Both the position numbers and the translations under genes were made by a program. Positions 13,272-24,244 of a DNA stretch of 64,000 nt are shown here, one piece after another (position 1 is the first letter of the stretch; each line of letters starts with the position of its first letter). The notes under the pieces were generated by a model that saw nothing but the letters and a program-made list of their open reading frames with translations, searched no databases and had not been told where the DNA came from. The stretch comes from Octopus sinensis (lineage: Eukaryota). The stretch is from NCBI RefSeq assembly GCF_006345805.1, contig NC_042997.1, forward strand, positions 169,880,001 through 169,944,000, given 5' to 3'.

Positions 13272-14040
13272 TAGATATAGATATAGATATAGATATTATG
13301 TATGAGAAAGTTTTCTGTTTGTGTGAGCACATAGCAGCAGTAGCATCTGTTCATGTTCATATGTATATACGTATGCCAAATGTTATATGCAGTACAGGCA
13401 AAGATTTTGATTTTGGCCATTTTGCGCATGTGTGGGTGTCACAAAGGCACCACTCACCATATGCCTATGCTTACAGCTATCATCTTCAAAGGACAACATC
13501 TCACAGCAGTCATTTTGTACTTTGCATTTACTGAGAGGCCTCACTGATTCTATGACTTGGAATTTTTATTTCATAATGAAAACTCATATTCTATTAACTA
13601 GTCTTCGTTGCAAAGGAAAGAAGTCTTGAGGGAATGTTTTTTTTTTCTGTTATAAATAAAATAATTACATACCATTGTATTTGTTTTTCTATAATTATTT
13701 TTAATATTTAATTGAATTTTAGCTTCAGCATTTAAGCTAATTTTAGCTTTTAATTTTAATATATCAAGAAATTAAATGCTGATGCTGGAATTAAATTAGA
13801 TATTAAAAATAATTACAGAAAAAGGAAATATATTGGTATTTATTAATTTTACTTCGAGAATGAAAAACAATCCCACAAGTCTTCTTTCCTTTGCAAAGGA
13901 AAAATAACACCCAATGAGAAACAAGCATACATTGCATGTGTGTGTGCATGCATATATCTAGAGATAGGTAGATAGTTAGATGCATGCGTGCACACACACA
14001 CACTCACACATATGTGCATATGTGTGTGTGTGTGTGTGTG
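11568..14040. repeat. Near-identical direct tandem duplication, period 1226 bp
   Basis: Identical ORFs are offset by 1226 (11753/12979, 12072/13298). All three boundaries fall in (TG)n tracts. The copies differ by small indels only (ctgttattaaat vs ctgttataaat; TG count). Confidence 0.95.
11932..11980 (-). ncRNA. Decayed minimal type-I hammerhead-like motif in a Penelope-like terminal fragment (duplicated at 13158-13206)
   Basis: Reverse complement: caaaattgt CCAACAA acg-ggaa-tgt GAAA ct-ccg-ag TA acagtttttg, followed by AATAAA. Confidence 0.55.
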
Positions 14041-14319
14041 TGCTTTGATACTAGTATTTGCTGACTTGTGAGCTTTCAAGTTACAATTTTTTGATCTCAT
14101 GATACACTTCAATAAAGATGAGTATAAGCTGTACAGTGCGATACCTTTCATACACAGGGGAATGCTGTTGGCATCACATATTTTCTCACTCTCGTTTCCC
14201 CACATTACTAAATGTTTTTATTTTGGTTCTCAGTTAATTTTGTATGTGTTGTGTGCATTAATCCCAGTTGTGCATTAATGAAGCTAAACAAGTATAAAAG
14301 TGAGCAAGTCTCCTGTTGA

Positions 14320-15680
14320 TAGTGAAAAGAAGAAAAGCAATTGATTTGGGAACAATATTAAAAGATAATAGCTCAGCATGAAGGATGAAAATTTGTTTCA
14401 GTCCTTGTACATAATTTGTCTTACTCCCAATCAACAATTTCTACTATCCCAAAGGATAAGCACTATAATTGTGATGAGGTGAGGCTGTATGAATTGATTA
14501 AATCTACAACAATCAACTCTTTACTCTTTACTCTTTTACTTGTTTCAGTCATTTGACTGTGGCCATGCTGGAGCACCGCCTTTTGTCGAGCAAATTGACC
14601 CCAGGACTTATTCTTTGTAAGCCTAGTACTTATTCTATCGGTCTCTTTTTTGCCGAACCGCTAAGTTACGGGGACGTTAACACACCAGCATCGGTTGTCA
14701 AGCGATGTAGGGGGTGCAAACACAGACACACATACATATACATATATATGACGGGCTTCTTTCAGTTTCCGCCTACCAAATCCACTCACAAGGCTTTGGT
14801 CGGCCCGAGGCTATAGTAGAAGACACTTGCCCAAGTTGCCATGCAGTGGGACTGAACCTGGAACCATGTGGTTGGTAAGCAAGCTACTTACCACACAGCC
14901 ACTCCTACACCTATGGGGAAAATGGAAGATATAGAAACATATTTGGTCACATAGATTGGTGAACTAAATTCAAAAGTGAATACCATTTAGTATTTTAAAT
15001 ATATAAATGTGCAGGAACAGCTGTGTCATTAAGAAGTTTATTTCCCAACCTCATAGGTTTTGTTTCAGTCCCACTATATGGCACCTTGGGCATGTGTCTT
15101 CTACTTCAGCTCCAGCCTGACCAAGGCTTTGTGAGTGAATTTTAGTAGATGGAAACTGAAAGAAGCCTGTCATGTGTGTGTTTGTGTCTCCTTGACTTGA
15201 TATTGAGTGGTAGTTGCAAATGACTGTCATACAAGGAGTTTTCATTCATTTCCAATATTCCATGAAGACATGTCTGGCCATGGGGTAGTGTTTTCTTGCT
15301 TGGGAACAAGGAGGGTATCCAGCCATAGACTGATCCAAAATCTACCTCAGTAAATTCCATCCAACACAAGCTTGCATTAAAAAGTTAACATAGATATAAT
15401 GATGATGATGACAATGAAGCTAAATCAAAGAACTCATTTGAAACATTGAAAGAATGTACCTATTATCTTAACGCACAAGCTTTTGTAGTGGGTCATGGAG
15501 GATTTTGAGCATTTGGAAAAGCTTTATAATATTTACAATATAAAAAGTATGTGACAAAATAAGTTTTGATGATGGTACTGCTGCATTTAGAGAAATACTG
15601 TAAAACAATACTGTTAATGTGAAATACTTGCCAGAAGAATATTTTACATTGAGGAAACTGGCTTATATTGGAAAGGTATG
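14320..15680 (+). mobile_element. Tigger/pogo transposase fossil split by two SINE insertions
   Basis: VKRRKAIDLGTILKIIAQHEG...SQSTISTI (psq-type HTH) at about 14325. After the SINE it resumes as MEDIETYLVT*IGEL, then AKSKNSFETLKE, then a remnant of the (D)ETGLYWK motif at about 15650. Confidence 0.7.
14517..14912 (-). mobile_element. Family A SINE, full length
   Basis: Reverse complement of the 6657-7075 element, with a (ctctttta)n tail at left. Confidence 0.9.
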
Positions 15681-16707
15681 CTTTGTCATGTAGTAAAATT
15701 AATGCCAAGGCATTTAAGGATCTTGTGAGTCCCTTACTTGAAAGTTTGAACTGGGGCCCTATCTTGTCAATCACTGTGAATACTTGCATGCTTTTGAGAA
15801 TGCTAGCAAGCCTATGGTACCCGTTACCTACTGCCACAACAAGAAAGTATGGATAACTAAACAGATCTTTCAAGATTGATTCCCACTTCTCTTGCTATCC
15901 TCTGGGGCAATGCCTTTTCCATTTTGTCTGCCAGTGCCATGAGAACTGTTTCTATATTGTTAGAGGTAAGATTCTCTGTTAATCCTTCTATTTTGAGTTA
16001 AATCACCCTTTCCTCTACTATTTCAGTTCTTTTTGCACAACTTTCTCTTTCTAAAATTCTGCCTACAGAACACTGACTTGACTTTCTCAGTTCAAAAGTC
16101 CCTTCTTTTCTGGTTTATTCTCTTGGTAAAAAGGAAAACTGCATTAAAAATGTTTATTAATTTAGATTATACTTGTCATCCACTATATCTCAATAATTTA
16201 AAATCCTAACATTCTCAGGAGTTTCAAGCCCTTCTTAAACAACCCACTAATCCAGCCCACGAATCAAGTGGTTGCATATATTTCAAAGCATATTATCAGC
16301 AAATAATCTTTGCCAGATTGTTTGATGCTATGGCACCTCGCTCTGTGATTTTCAGAAAAGGTACAATATTTTGAATGCAATTAGGAAATGTTTATAAAGC
16401 CTGGGAGTAAGTCACAAAAGAATCCATCAGCAGTATCTGAAAACATGTGTTGAAATACTTTCAAATGTACTTCAAAGAGCAAAAATATATATGTGAATAC
16501 GTTCAAAGGCTTTCATTTAGACTGTGTTGCAAGTGGCATTCTTGGAAAAATCATAGTGTTTGCACAGCAGCTTGATCAGGAAGTGGGTAGAGATGAAATT
16601 GAGCTATTGATACTGGCATGTTTATGTGTGTGTGTGTGTGTTTATATATGTATGTGTTTGTGTATGTTTATTAGTCATAAATATCTTCAAAAAATGTTTA
16701 TTTCCAT

Positions 16708-16747
16708 TCTATCTATCTATCTATCTATCTATTTATCTATCTATCTG

Positions 16748-16813
<66 letters not shown>

Positions 16814-16830
16814 AGTCTGTCTGTCTGACT
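16708..16830. repeat. (ATCT)n tetranucleotide microsatellite
   Basis: Directly visible. Confidence 0.95.
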
Positions 16831-16852
16831 GTCCATCCACATATATATATAT

Positions 16853-17330
16853 CATCATCATCATCATCGTTTAGCGTCCGCTTTCCATGCTGGCATGGGT
16901 TGGACGGTGCAACTGGGGTCTGGGAAGCTGGATGCCCTTCCTAACGCCAACCACTCCATGAGTGTAGTGGGTGCTTTCTACGTGCCACTGGCACAGGTGC
17001 CAGACGAGGCTGGCAAATGGCCACGATCGGATGGTACTTTTTTACGTGCCACAGGCATGGAGGCCAGTCGAGGCTGGCAACGGCCATGATCAGATGGTGC
17101 ATTTTACGTGCCACCGGACGGAAGCCAGTCTGTCTATCAGTCTGGCTGGCTGGCTGTCCATCCATCTATATATATATATCATCATGATCATCATCATCAT
17201 ATTTAATTTCTGTTTCTCATGCTGGCATGGGTTGGACAGTTTAACAAGAGCTAGCCAACTGAAACGCTTCCAGGCTCCATGTCTGTTTTGGCATAGTTTC
17301 TATGGCTAGATGCCCCTCCTAAAGCCAATA
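16853..17330 (-). mobile_element. Two family C SINE-like copies in tandem
   Basis: (cat)n-gtttagcgtccgctttccatgc... at 16853 and a diverged copy at about 17180. Confidence 0.75.
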
Positions 17331-17332
17331 AC

Positions 17333-17367
<35 letters not shown>

Positions 17368-17549
17368 GTGCAACATGGCATAAGTTGTGTTGAGAAGTTT
17401 GCTTACCAACTACATGACTTGACTTACAATTTCAATGCAGTGTAATTGGGCAAGTGTTTTCTAGTATAGTGCTGGACTAAGCAAAGCCTTGTGAATGGAT
17501 TTGGTAAAAAGAAACAAAGAAACTATATGAAGCCCATCATAAACACACA

Positions 17550-17770
17550 CAAGGGGTGATGAAAAGTTCCTGACTTCAAGGGTATCGCAAAAGGCTTGGC
17601 TGGAGGCCCAACCTTCCAAGTTCTTTGACAGGGCTTAGGAAAACTGAAGGACTGCTGCAATATGTGTGTGTGAATCTGAGAGGGGAATATGCTAAATAAA
17701 ATCATAATTAACTGATCCCCCTGTTTTTTTCTTTTATCCAAAGCCAGGAACTTTTCAGTACTCCCTCGTA
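17550..17770. mobile_element. Mariner-derived MITE inserted in the microsatellite of an old family A SINE
   Basis: TIRs gatgaaaagttcctgac / gccaggaacttttcagtactccctcg+TA. Homologous to 9679-9882. Confidence 0.8.
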
Positions 17771-18099
17771 ATTATGTGTATATATATATATGTATATAGT
17801 ATACGGTTTCGTGATGGTAAGAGCAACAGAAAAAGTGCCCCATCTGGTGAGAGATAAATATTATTTAATGGACACAATATATGTTTTTATGTGCTACTAT
17901 TAGTTTCATGTGACAAAAGCATCTCAGACAGTGAGTAAAAGGTGGCATTTACTATAGCCCCAGGCCAACAAAAGCCTTTGATTCATTTACAAAGATTATA
18001 ACACAAAAACATTTTTCATGTTTTCATTCAACCCCAGGTTGGGAAAAGAGTCAAGTAGCTCAGTTTCCTCTCTATTTTCCCAACCTCTGCTACAAGAAG

Positions 18100-20070
18100 T
18101 TTCACAGAAAAGAATATTATCATTCTCAGAAAAGAGAATCCAAAACTTGAAATGAAAATTCGTTGTATTGAAATTTTAGCCTATCAAGATTTACCATTTG
18201 GAGGACATGATGAAATGGAAGAATCAAACAATAAGAGTAATTTTTTTAGTATGTGAAGCTGTAGCAAGATACAATGATTGTTTAAGATTGCATTTAGACT
18301 TCATGAAGAAAAATGCCAATTGCACATTTTCTGGGCTTTCAAAACAAGATCATTTAATTGTATACTTGTTACAAGTGAAGGTAAAATTAAGGCAATGATA
18401 AAAATTTAAAAAAACAGTATTTGTTGCTGTTATGTTTGATGAGACTACAGAACTTTGAATGAAATCTCAAGATGAAAGGTTTTGCAATTTCTTGATGAGA
18501 AAGAAAAATCTTAAGAAAGGTTTTGGGGATATGTTGATGTCAGTAAAGACAGAAAAAACTGCATTGTTGACAGAAATTCAAACATTTGCTAATGAGTTCA
18601 ACTGTGGCCAACATTTCATCACACAAACTTATGATGGAGCAAGTATGATGGTTGGGCATTTGAATGGAGTGCAAGTAAGAATAAAGGAGACTTTTGGTGT
18701 GAATGTCTTATTTGTACATTCACTTAATTTGGTAGCCTCACAATCAACCTCAAGTATTTGAGAATGTTGAATTTTCTTCCAAACTTTAAAAGGAATTTCA
18801 ACTTTTTTCTCAAAGTCAATGGCTTGAATAGCTCTACTGGATGAAATCATTGGAAGGTGATTTCCAAAGTTACCTGGGACATGTTGGAATTATTCATGTC
18901 AACAAGTATCCATTTTGTCCAATAAAATTACTGTTTTCTTGGTATTTTCAACCATATAAGAAAATCCAGAAGATTGATGCACCTCAGAATTACCACAGGC
19001 ATGGGGATTTATTGCAGTCCTTGATTTTCAGTTTAAAATTTTTCTTTGAAACCATATTAAGTGGCTCAGAGATTCTGTTTTTGATTCTTCAAAACAGGTT
19101 GCTTGATATTTCAAGCTGTATTTGTGAGGTTAAGAACTTCAAAAAACAATTGGCTGTTATTATCATGTTAGGTGTAATAAGTGGATTAATTGTGGTGTGA
19201 GATTAAGCTGACTGCGTATATTACTAGCAGAAGCAGAACTAATGAATATTTAACATTAGATTTATTTAAAGGAAGGCTGAATATGAATACATACACAAAG
19301 TATCAAATCCTCACTAGGATACAGGGATCAACTTAACTGTGATTGCTCAACCATCAGTTATCTTCAAGATGCGAGGCTGCTGAATCTTATTGAAGCTTTG
19401 TCCTTGATTTGCATGGTGAAAGCCAAGTCGTATTCTCTTCAAATGCCATGAAAGCTCTAGTTGATCTGTAGCATTAAATTGCTTAACTGGAGAAAATGGT
19501 GTGAACCTCAAGGACACTTGAGATAATATTCTAACTTGTAGTCTGATCTCCTACAAACTAGTTGGTTCAAAAAAAGGGGTGTTTAGGTTAAGGCCGCATG
19601 CCCCAATTGTGGCTCATTCCAGATAGAGAACTGATAATTTAGTGAAAAAGGTTCAAACCCTAAGGCTCACTACTATACCAAGAACAACAAGTTTGAAGAA
19701 TTTTGCTGCTGGATTCTGTATGGTGTTGCTGAAATACCAGAGAAGTGTGATCAACATCAAGAACCAGAAGCTGTTTGAAGAACTTTGTTTAACAACATTT
19801 TGTATGAAGTTATTGTTAACATTGAGCAAAGATTTAAAACACTGTTGTTTAAAATCACTTTCTTCATTAAAGCAAGTAAATATTTATTTGAAGTGTTCTC
19901 AAAGTGAAGAGATATGAAGTAATTTGGGCTTCACTTCCATCTTTTGAAGAAGATGAAGGCAGAGCATGGAGCTGATACATTTTATACCAAAGTGATTGAT
20001 GAATTTGCCAAAAAGAAACAAAGAATTGAACTGATTTACAAATAAAGTTTAAATAGCTCATTATTTGTAG
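18100..20070 (+). mobile_element. hAT (ZMYM1/DUF4371-like) transposase fossil with a ~500-bp insertion at about 19173-19677
   Basis: LAYQDLPFGGHDEMEESNNKSNF, FVAVMFDETT and QTYDGASMMVGHLNGVQVRIKE...FVHSLNLVASQS, with many stops and frameshifts. Confidence 0.8.
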
Positions 20071-20432
20071 GTTCTATTGTTTTTCCTTGTAACCAATAAC
20101 AGTCATCATGGCAGACCCATCACCAGGGTGTTGCTAATGGGACGTGAGGCATCAAAGCCAGTGGAGAGAGGTATCAAGCCTGAAGCATGCCTGTTGGTAG
20201 AAGTTAATTTTCTCACATTAAAATTAGTTCATATCCTATTCACAGATGGAGGTGAATGAGGGAGAGGGGGCGAATAGTTTTTGGTGAGAGGGAGAGTAAG
20301 GCTCTACTGCTCTACTTGCTGCCTTGGTGATTGGCCTGCATCATGAACTGCATGCCCTGGTTTCCAAATCACTCTTTACCACTGGTATATATCTGTGTGT
20401 ATTTATGTGTGTGTGTGTGTGAGAGAGAGAGA

Positions 20433-20720
20433 GGGTGCGTGGCCCAGTGGTTAGGTGTTGCATTCACAATTGCAAGGTTGTGATTTCAGTTCCAGGGCCA
20501 AGTGGTGTGTTGTGTTCTTAAACAAAATACTCCATCTCACAATGCTCTGCAATAACTTCAACACTTAGCTTGTGCTACACCATACACTTGTTCAGGCAAC
20601 ATTCATCTGGTGGAGGGAGAGATCTAATGGATAGAACAAACATTTGATGACCATAAATGAATCATTTGTGCAGGTTGTTCAGCAAGAAATTGCTGAACTG
20701 TCTTTCTCAGACTACAAGAG
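20433..20720 (+). mobile_element. tRNA-derived SINE (another family; partial inverted copy at about 38175-38405)
   Basis: Head gtggcccagtggttagg..., core ttgtgttcttaaacaaaatac; tail caggttgttcagcaa is shared with 38220-38240 (reverse complement). Confidence 0.6.
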
Positions 20721-21480
20721 ACTACCATCACATGTATATGTCTTGCTCTTTGCATCTTTCTCTCTCTCTCTCATACTGACATTGAAGTTGTCCCATATAA
20801 AGTGTCCTTTTGAGCAAATGTATAATGTTTTCCTACTTGATAGTTTAGAAACCAGTGAGTCGGTGAAGTGACTGGACATTAAGACAGAATTTATTCAGAT
20901 CAAAATCTCAGGGTGCTGAGCTTGTGATATGGACTGATGCAAGACCATATCATATGGCACTATACTATATTGTAGACCCATGCTATCCATTTCATTACAG
21001 AGAAACAGATGTCAAAGAATTAATGATGATGTATATACATCTGTGGATACATGAATGAGAGAGAGAGTTTACTTCAGCATCCAGTTTAAATGCTATTAAA
21101 GCTGCCTTTACATGGCTTCACTTTACAAAGAAACCATACCACTACTTAGCAGTTAATCCATCACAAAGTATGTTATCAAATTTTCTTTGATAAATTCTTC
21201 CATGACTTTCCTGATTTAAGAAGTAATCAAAGCTTTGTAAATTGTGCTATCTGCTCTGTTTCCTTTTTTCCAAAGCCTTTCAGAGTTTTCCTCTGCCAAC
21301 AATAGTTGCAAGAAAAACATGTAGTTTGAGAGTAAATCTCATAGGATTAACACTCAAACAAGAAAAAATTGGTTGGGCAAAACATTTAGCAACATGTCTG
21401 AGGGAAGAGATTCAGTAAGAGTGACTTGGTAGAGAACAAAAAAAATTGCATCATGGAACTCAGTGTTGTTAGTGGATTTG

Positions 21481-21766
21481 TTGTTTGTTCCTTCTCAAGC
21501 CACACCTGGCTCATAAGGGCTGGTTTTCTTGGCATATAGGTTCCCCACCTGGACAGGACACCGGTCCATCGCAGGTGAGCTGCAAGATGCAGGAAGAGAA
21601 AGTTGTGGCAAAAGAGTCAGCAGAAGTTCGCCACTACCTTCTGCTGGAGCCACGTGGAGCTTAGGTGTTTCGCTCTCAAACACACACATCACCCGGTCTG
21701 AAATTCGAACCCACGCTCTCTCGATTGTGAGTTCGCTGCTCTAACCACTAGGCCATGTGCCTCCAC
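21481..21766 (-). mobile_element. tRNA-derived SINE with a perfect 13-bp target-site duplication
   Basis: TSD gttagtggatttg at 21468-21480 and 21767-21779. Head (reverse complement): gtggaggcacatggcctagtggttagagc...gggttcgaattt. Related copies at about 42225-42470 and 61281-61560. Confidence 0.88.
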
Positions 21767-22989
21767 GTTAGTGGATTTGGTTGTATACAACTAATTCAGA
21801 GTATCAGAGGTCATTGGAGTAGCAATGAAATTGATAGAGAGAGGAGACAGTGCATTTGTGGGTCATAAAAGAATTGTGCATTCATAACTGCATTACTAAG
21901 ACATTGTATAGTTTTACTGACAGTAAGGTCTCTGTTTTATACGATTGACTAATTCTATAATGGGATGAGGTTATTTTCTTTGTATAGCTAAAAAAATAAT
22001 GTTGAATTTTATTAAATCTCTTCTATGGTTTTAGTTTTAATTCTTGAAGCATTACTTTATTTTATTTATATATTTTATATCACAATTTGTGGATAATAGT
22101 GGTAGTCATTGTAGGTTTCCACTGCACCAATCACTACACAAAAACAACAAATGAGTGTCCATAATTCAGTGCAGAATAAATATATCAAGGGACTTGTCCA
22201 GCATCAGTTTTACAATTTTCTCACCAATGTGTGTATTGTTTGTGTGTATATATCTGTGAAAGACAAACACCAACACAAATATTTACACACACCTCTATGA
22301 AATGGGCTTCACAGTTCAATCTACCAAATTCCACATACAAAGTAGAATATAACAGAAATTCAATAGAATTATAAAGTGTCCAGTATCAGTTTCTATGTTT
22401 CTTCAAACTATTTTAATGCTACAGTTTTGAGAAGATTGTATAAGCCATATCAATATTGTGATAAAAGTCCAAATTATTTGTGGAAATGAAACCTAGAATT
22501 GTGTTGTAAGGAAGACCACTTGTGTCAAATAAAGACTGAGTTCTATGAAACAGCAAGTCTGATTACCTTTGCTCCTTTAATGATACACCAGGGGAATTAC
22601 AGTTCTTTAGCCTCTTCAAATTGGTAAGATTGTAATTTTCCAAATGGGAATAAATTAATGTCAATCCAATCTATCTAGTAGCTTCTGTTCTAGCTCTAAG
22701 ATTCTCTTAACCCATTTGATACCTACCTACATGAGGCTCCTGGTTGTGATACAAACTTACTGTTTAATAGTGATCTAAAATCATATCTTCAATGAAAATT
22801 ACAGGGTATTTGAGCTAAATTTGATAGCATAAAAGGAAAAGAAAACAAGAAAACACGATGTACCATCTAAAAAGAAAAGTATTTTTTAAATAATCAAAAA
22901 ATATTAAATATGAAATTATGGTTGGGTAACAGTTTACTTAAAGTAGCAGCCTTATTATTATTATCAATTTCTGATATTGGTACATGACA

Positions 22990-23560
22990 ACCAGGCCACA
23001 AAATGGCTCCAGAACCTGGAGCATGTGTCCTGCACAGTGTCCCTAAAAAGATCTTTGGACACCTCCTTGATCTTGGCTACTAACTCAGCCTTAGTGTTGC
23101 AGGCAGAGCAGTTGGTGTCTTTCTCAACCATGCCTCACTCATAATAATCCATAGAATTACAATCAGGGGAAATAGGGGACCAGAAATTGGGGCTAGTGAA
23201 GTTATAGAAAATCTCTGATAACCACTTCTGACTCTTTCCAGAGGTGTGGAAAAGTGTCAAATCCTGCTACCACATATATGACCTTCCAGCAGCAACCCTC
23301 TCTAACATGCTATTGACTGCAGTCTCCACTAACTTCACATAGCAATCTGAATTTAGCCTAAGGCCCTGTTGTAAAAAGTGGGGGGGGAATTCTGGTGTGT
23401 GGACACAATCAGAATACCTGTTGCATCCCTTCCTGCTGGCCACTGCCTTGTAGTCTCTGTTACAGCTGTTCATATCATGTCTTACATCCTTTACAGTGTT
23501 CACGGAGCATTGAGTAGCAATCATGATGTTGGCATTTTGTTACTCATGTAGCGTGTAGCC
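22990..23560 (-). mobile_element. Internally deleted Tc1/mariner-superfamily transposase fossil
   Basis: N-terminal HTH (IMIATQCSVNTVKDVRH) is joined directly to PPHFLQQGLRLNSDCY...YMW*QD...FWSPISPDCNSMDYY, the WPPxSPDxNPxD motif. Confidence 0.8.
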
Positions 23561-23619
23561 ATTTTTAAATAATAGCTCCAAATTGTGGTAGCTGGCAATA
23601 TGACATAATGTTGTATTAC

Positions 23620-24244
23620 CAAAGAAATATGATTGTTGTTTTTCCATTGGTTAATATAACTGCTCATATAGGAATTCTAAGAATTAGTTAAAGAATATTT
23701 GTATGTGATTTCGATTCTTTAAAGTCAAGTTGAACAGTTATAAAAATCCTGGATTTTGGGAAAAACTTCAGTGTTTGTTGGATGTAACTAAACTCCATGA
23801 CACTCACTCCTTTGAGACATTGGTTATTTTTTATGCCATGTCCAAGAAAAATCCAACAAGTCTTGTTCGAATTGTTGAGATTTAATATAGCTAAAATGAG
23901 AAATTAGTTAGTTAAAATATATAGTCGTAATTCTCTACAAAATTTACTTTTCTTTAAAATGTATATAATATAAAAATGCTATATGTATATAATAAAAATT
24001 AATGTAGAAAATGTTTTCTCTTTCTTCACGTTCTTCAACTATATATAAAATGTATTTCTGTAATTATTAAACTGTATTTTTTTATAGCGGTTAAAAGAAC
24101 ACAAAATAATATTCAACATACATTCACGCTAATGTTCGTTAGCATTCCAGAAAGTATATTTCTCTATGGCGTTTATATTAGCTGTAGTTAGGACTTACAT
24201 ATAATGATAACACTTAAGTAAGTTATAAGTGACGGTTTTATCGT
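23620..24244 (-). pseudogene. Candidate nested antisense gene or pseudogene: exons ~24244-24199, 23890-23808 and 23676-23620
   Basis: Minus-strand donors GTAAGT, GTGAGT and GTAATA; acceptors ctaatttctcattttAG and ctaattcttAG. Phases 1 and 0 are compatible. The joined open frame is TIKPSLITYLSVIIISILNLNNSNKTCWIFLGHGIKNNQCLKGNSYMSSYINQWKNNNHISL. No ATG at its start. Confidence 0.4.

Noticed and set aside
24088-24217. Plus-strand exon-like unit (tttttttatAG ... aa|GTAAGT), a possible ASCC3 poison exon
   Set aside because: It has stops in all three frames and no other support. Such signals are frequent in AT-rich introns; RNA-seq would be needed.
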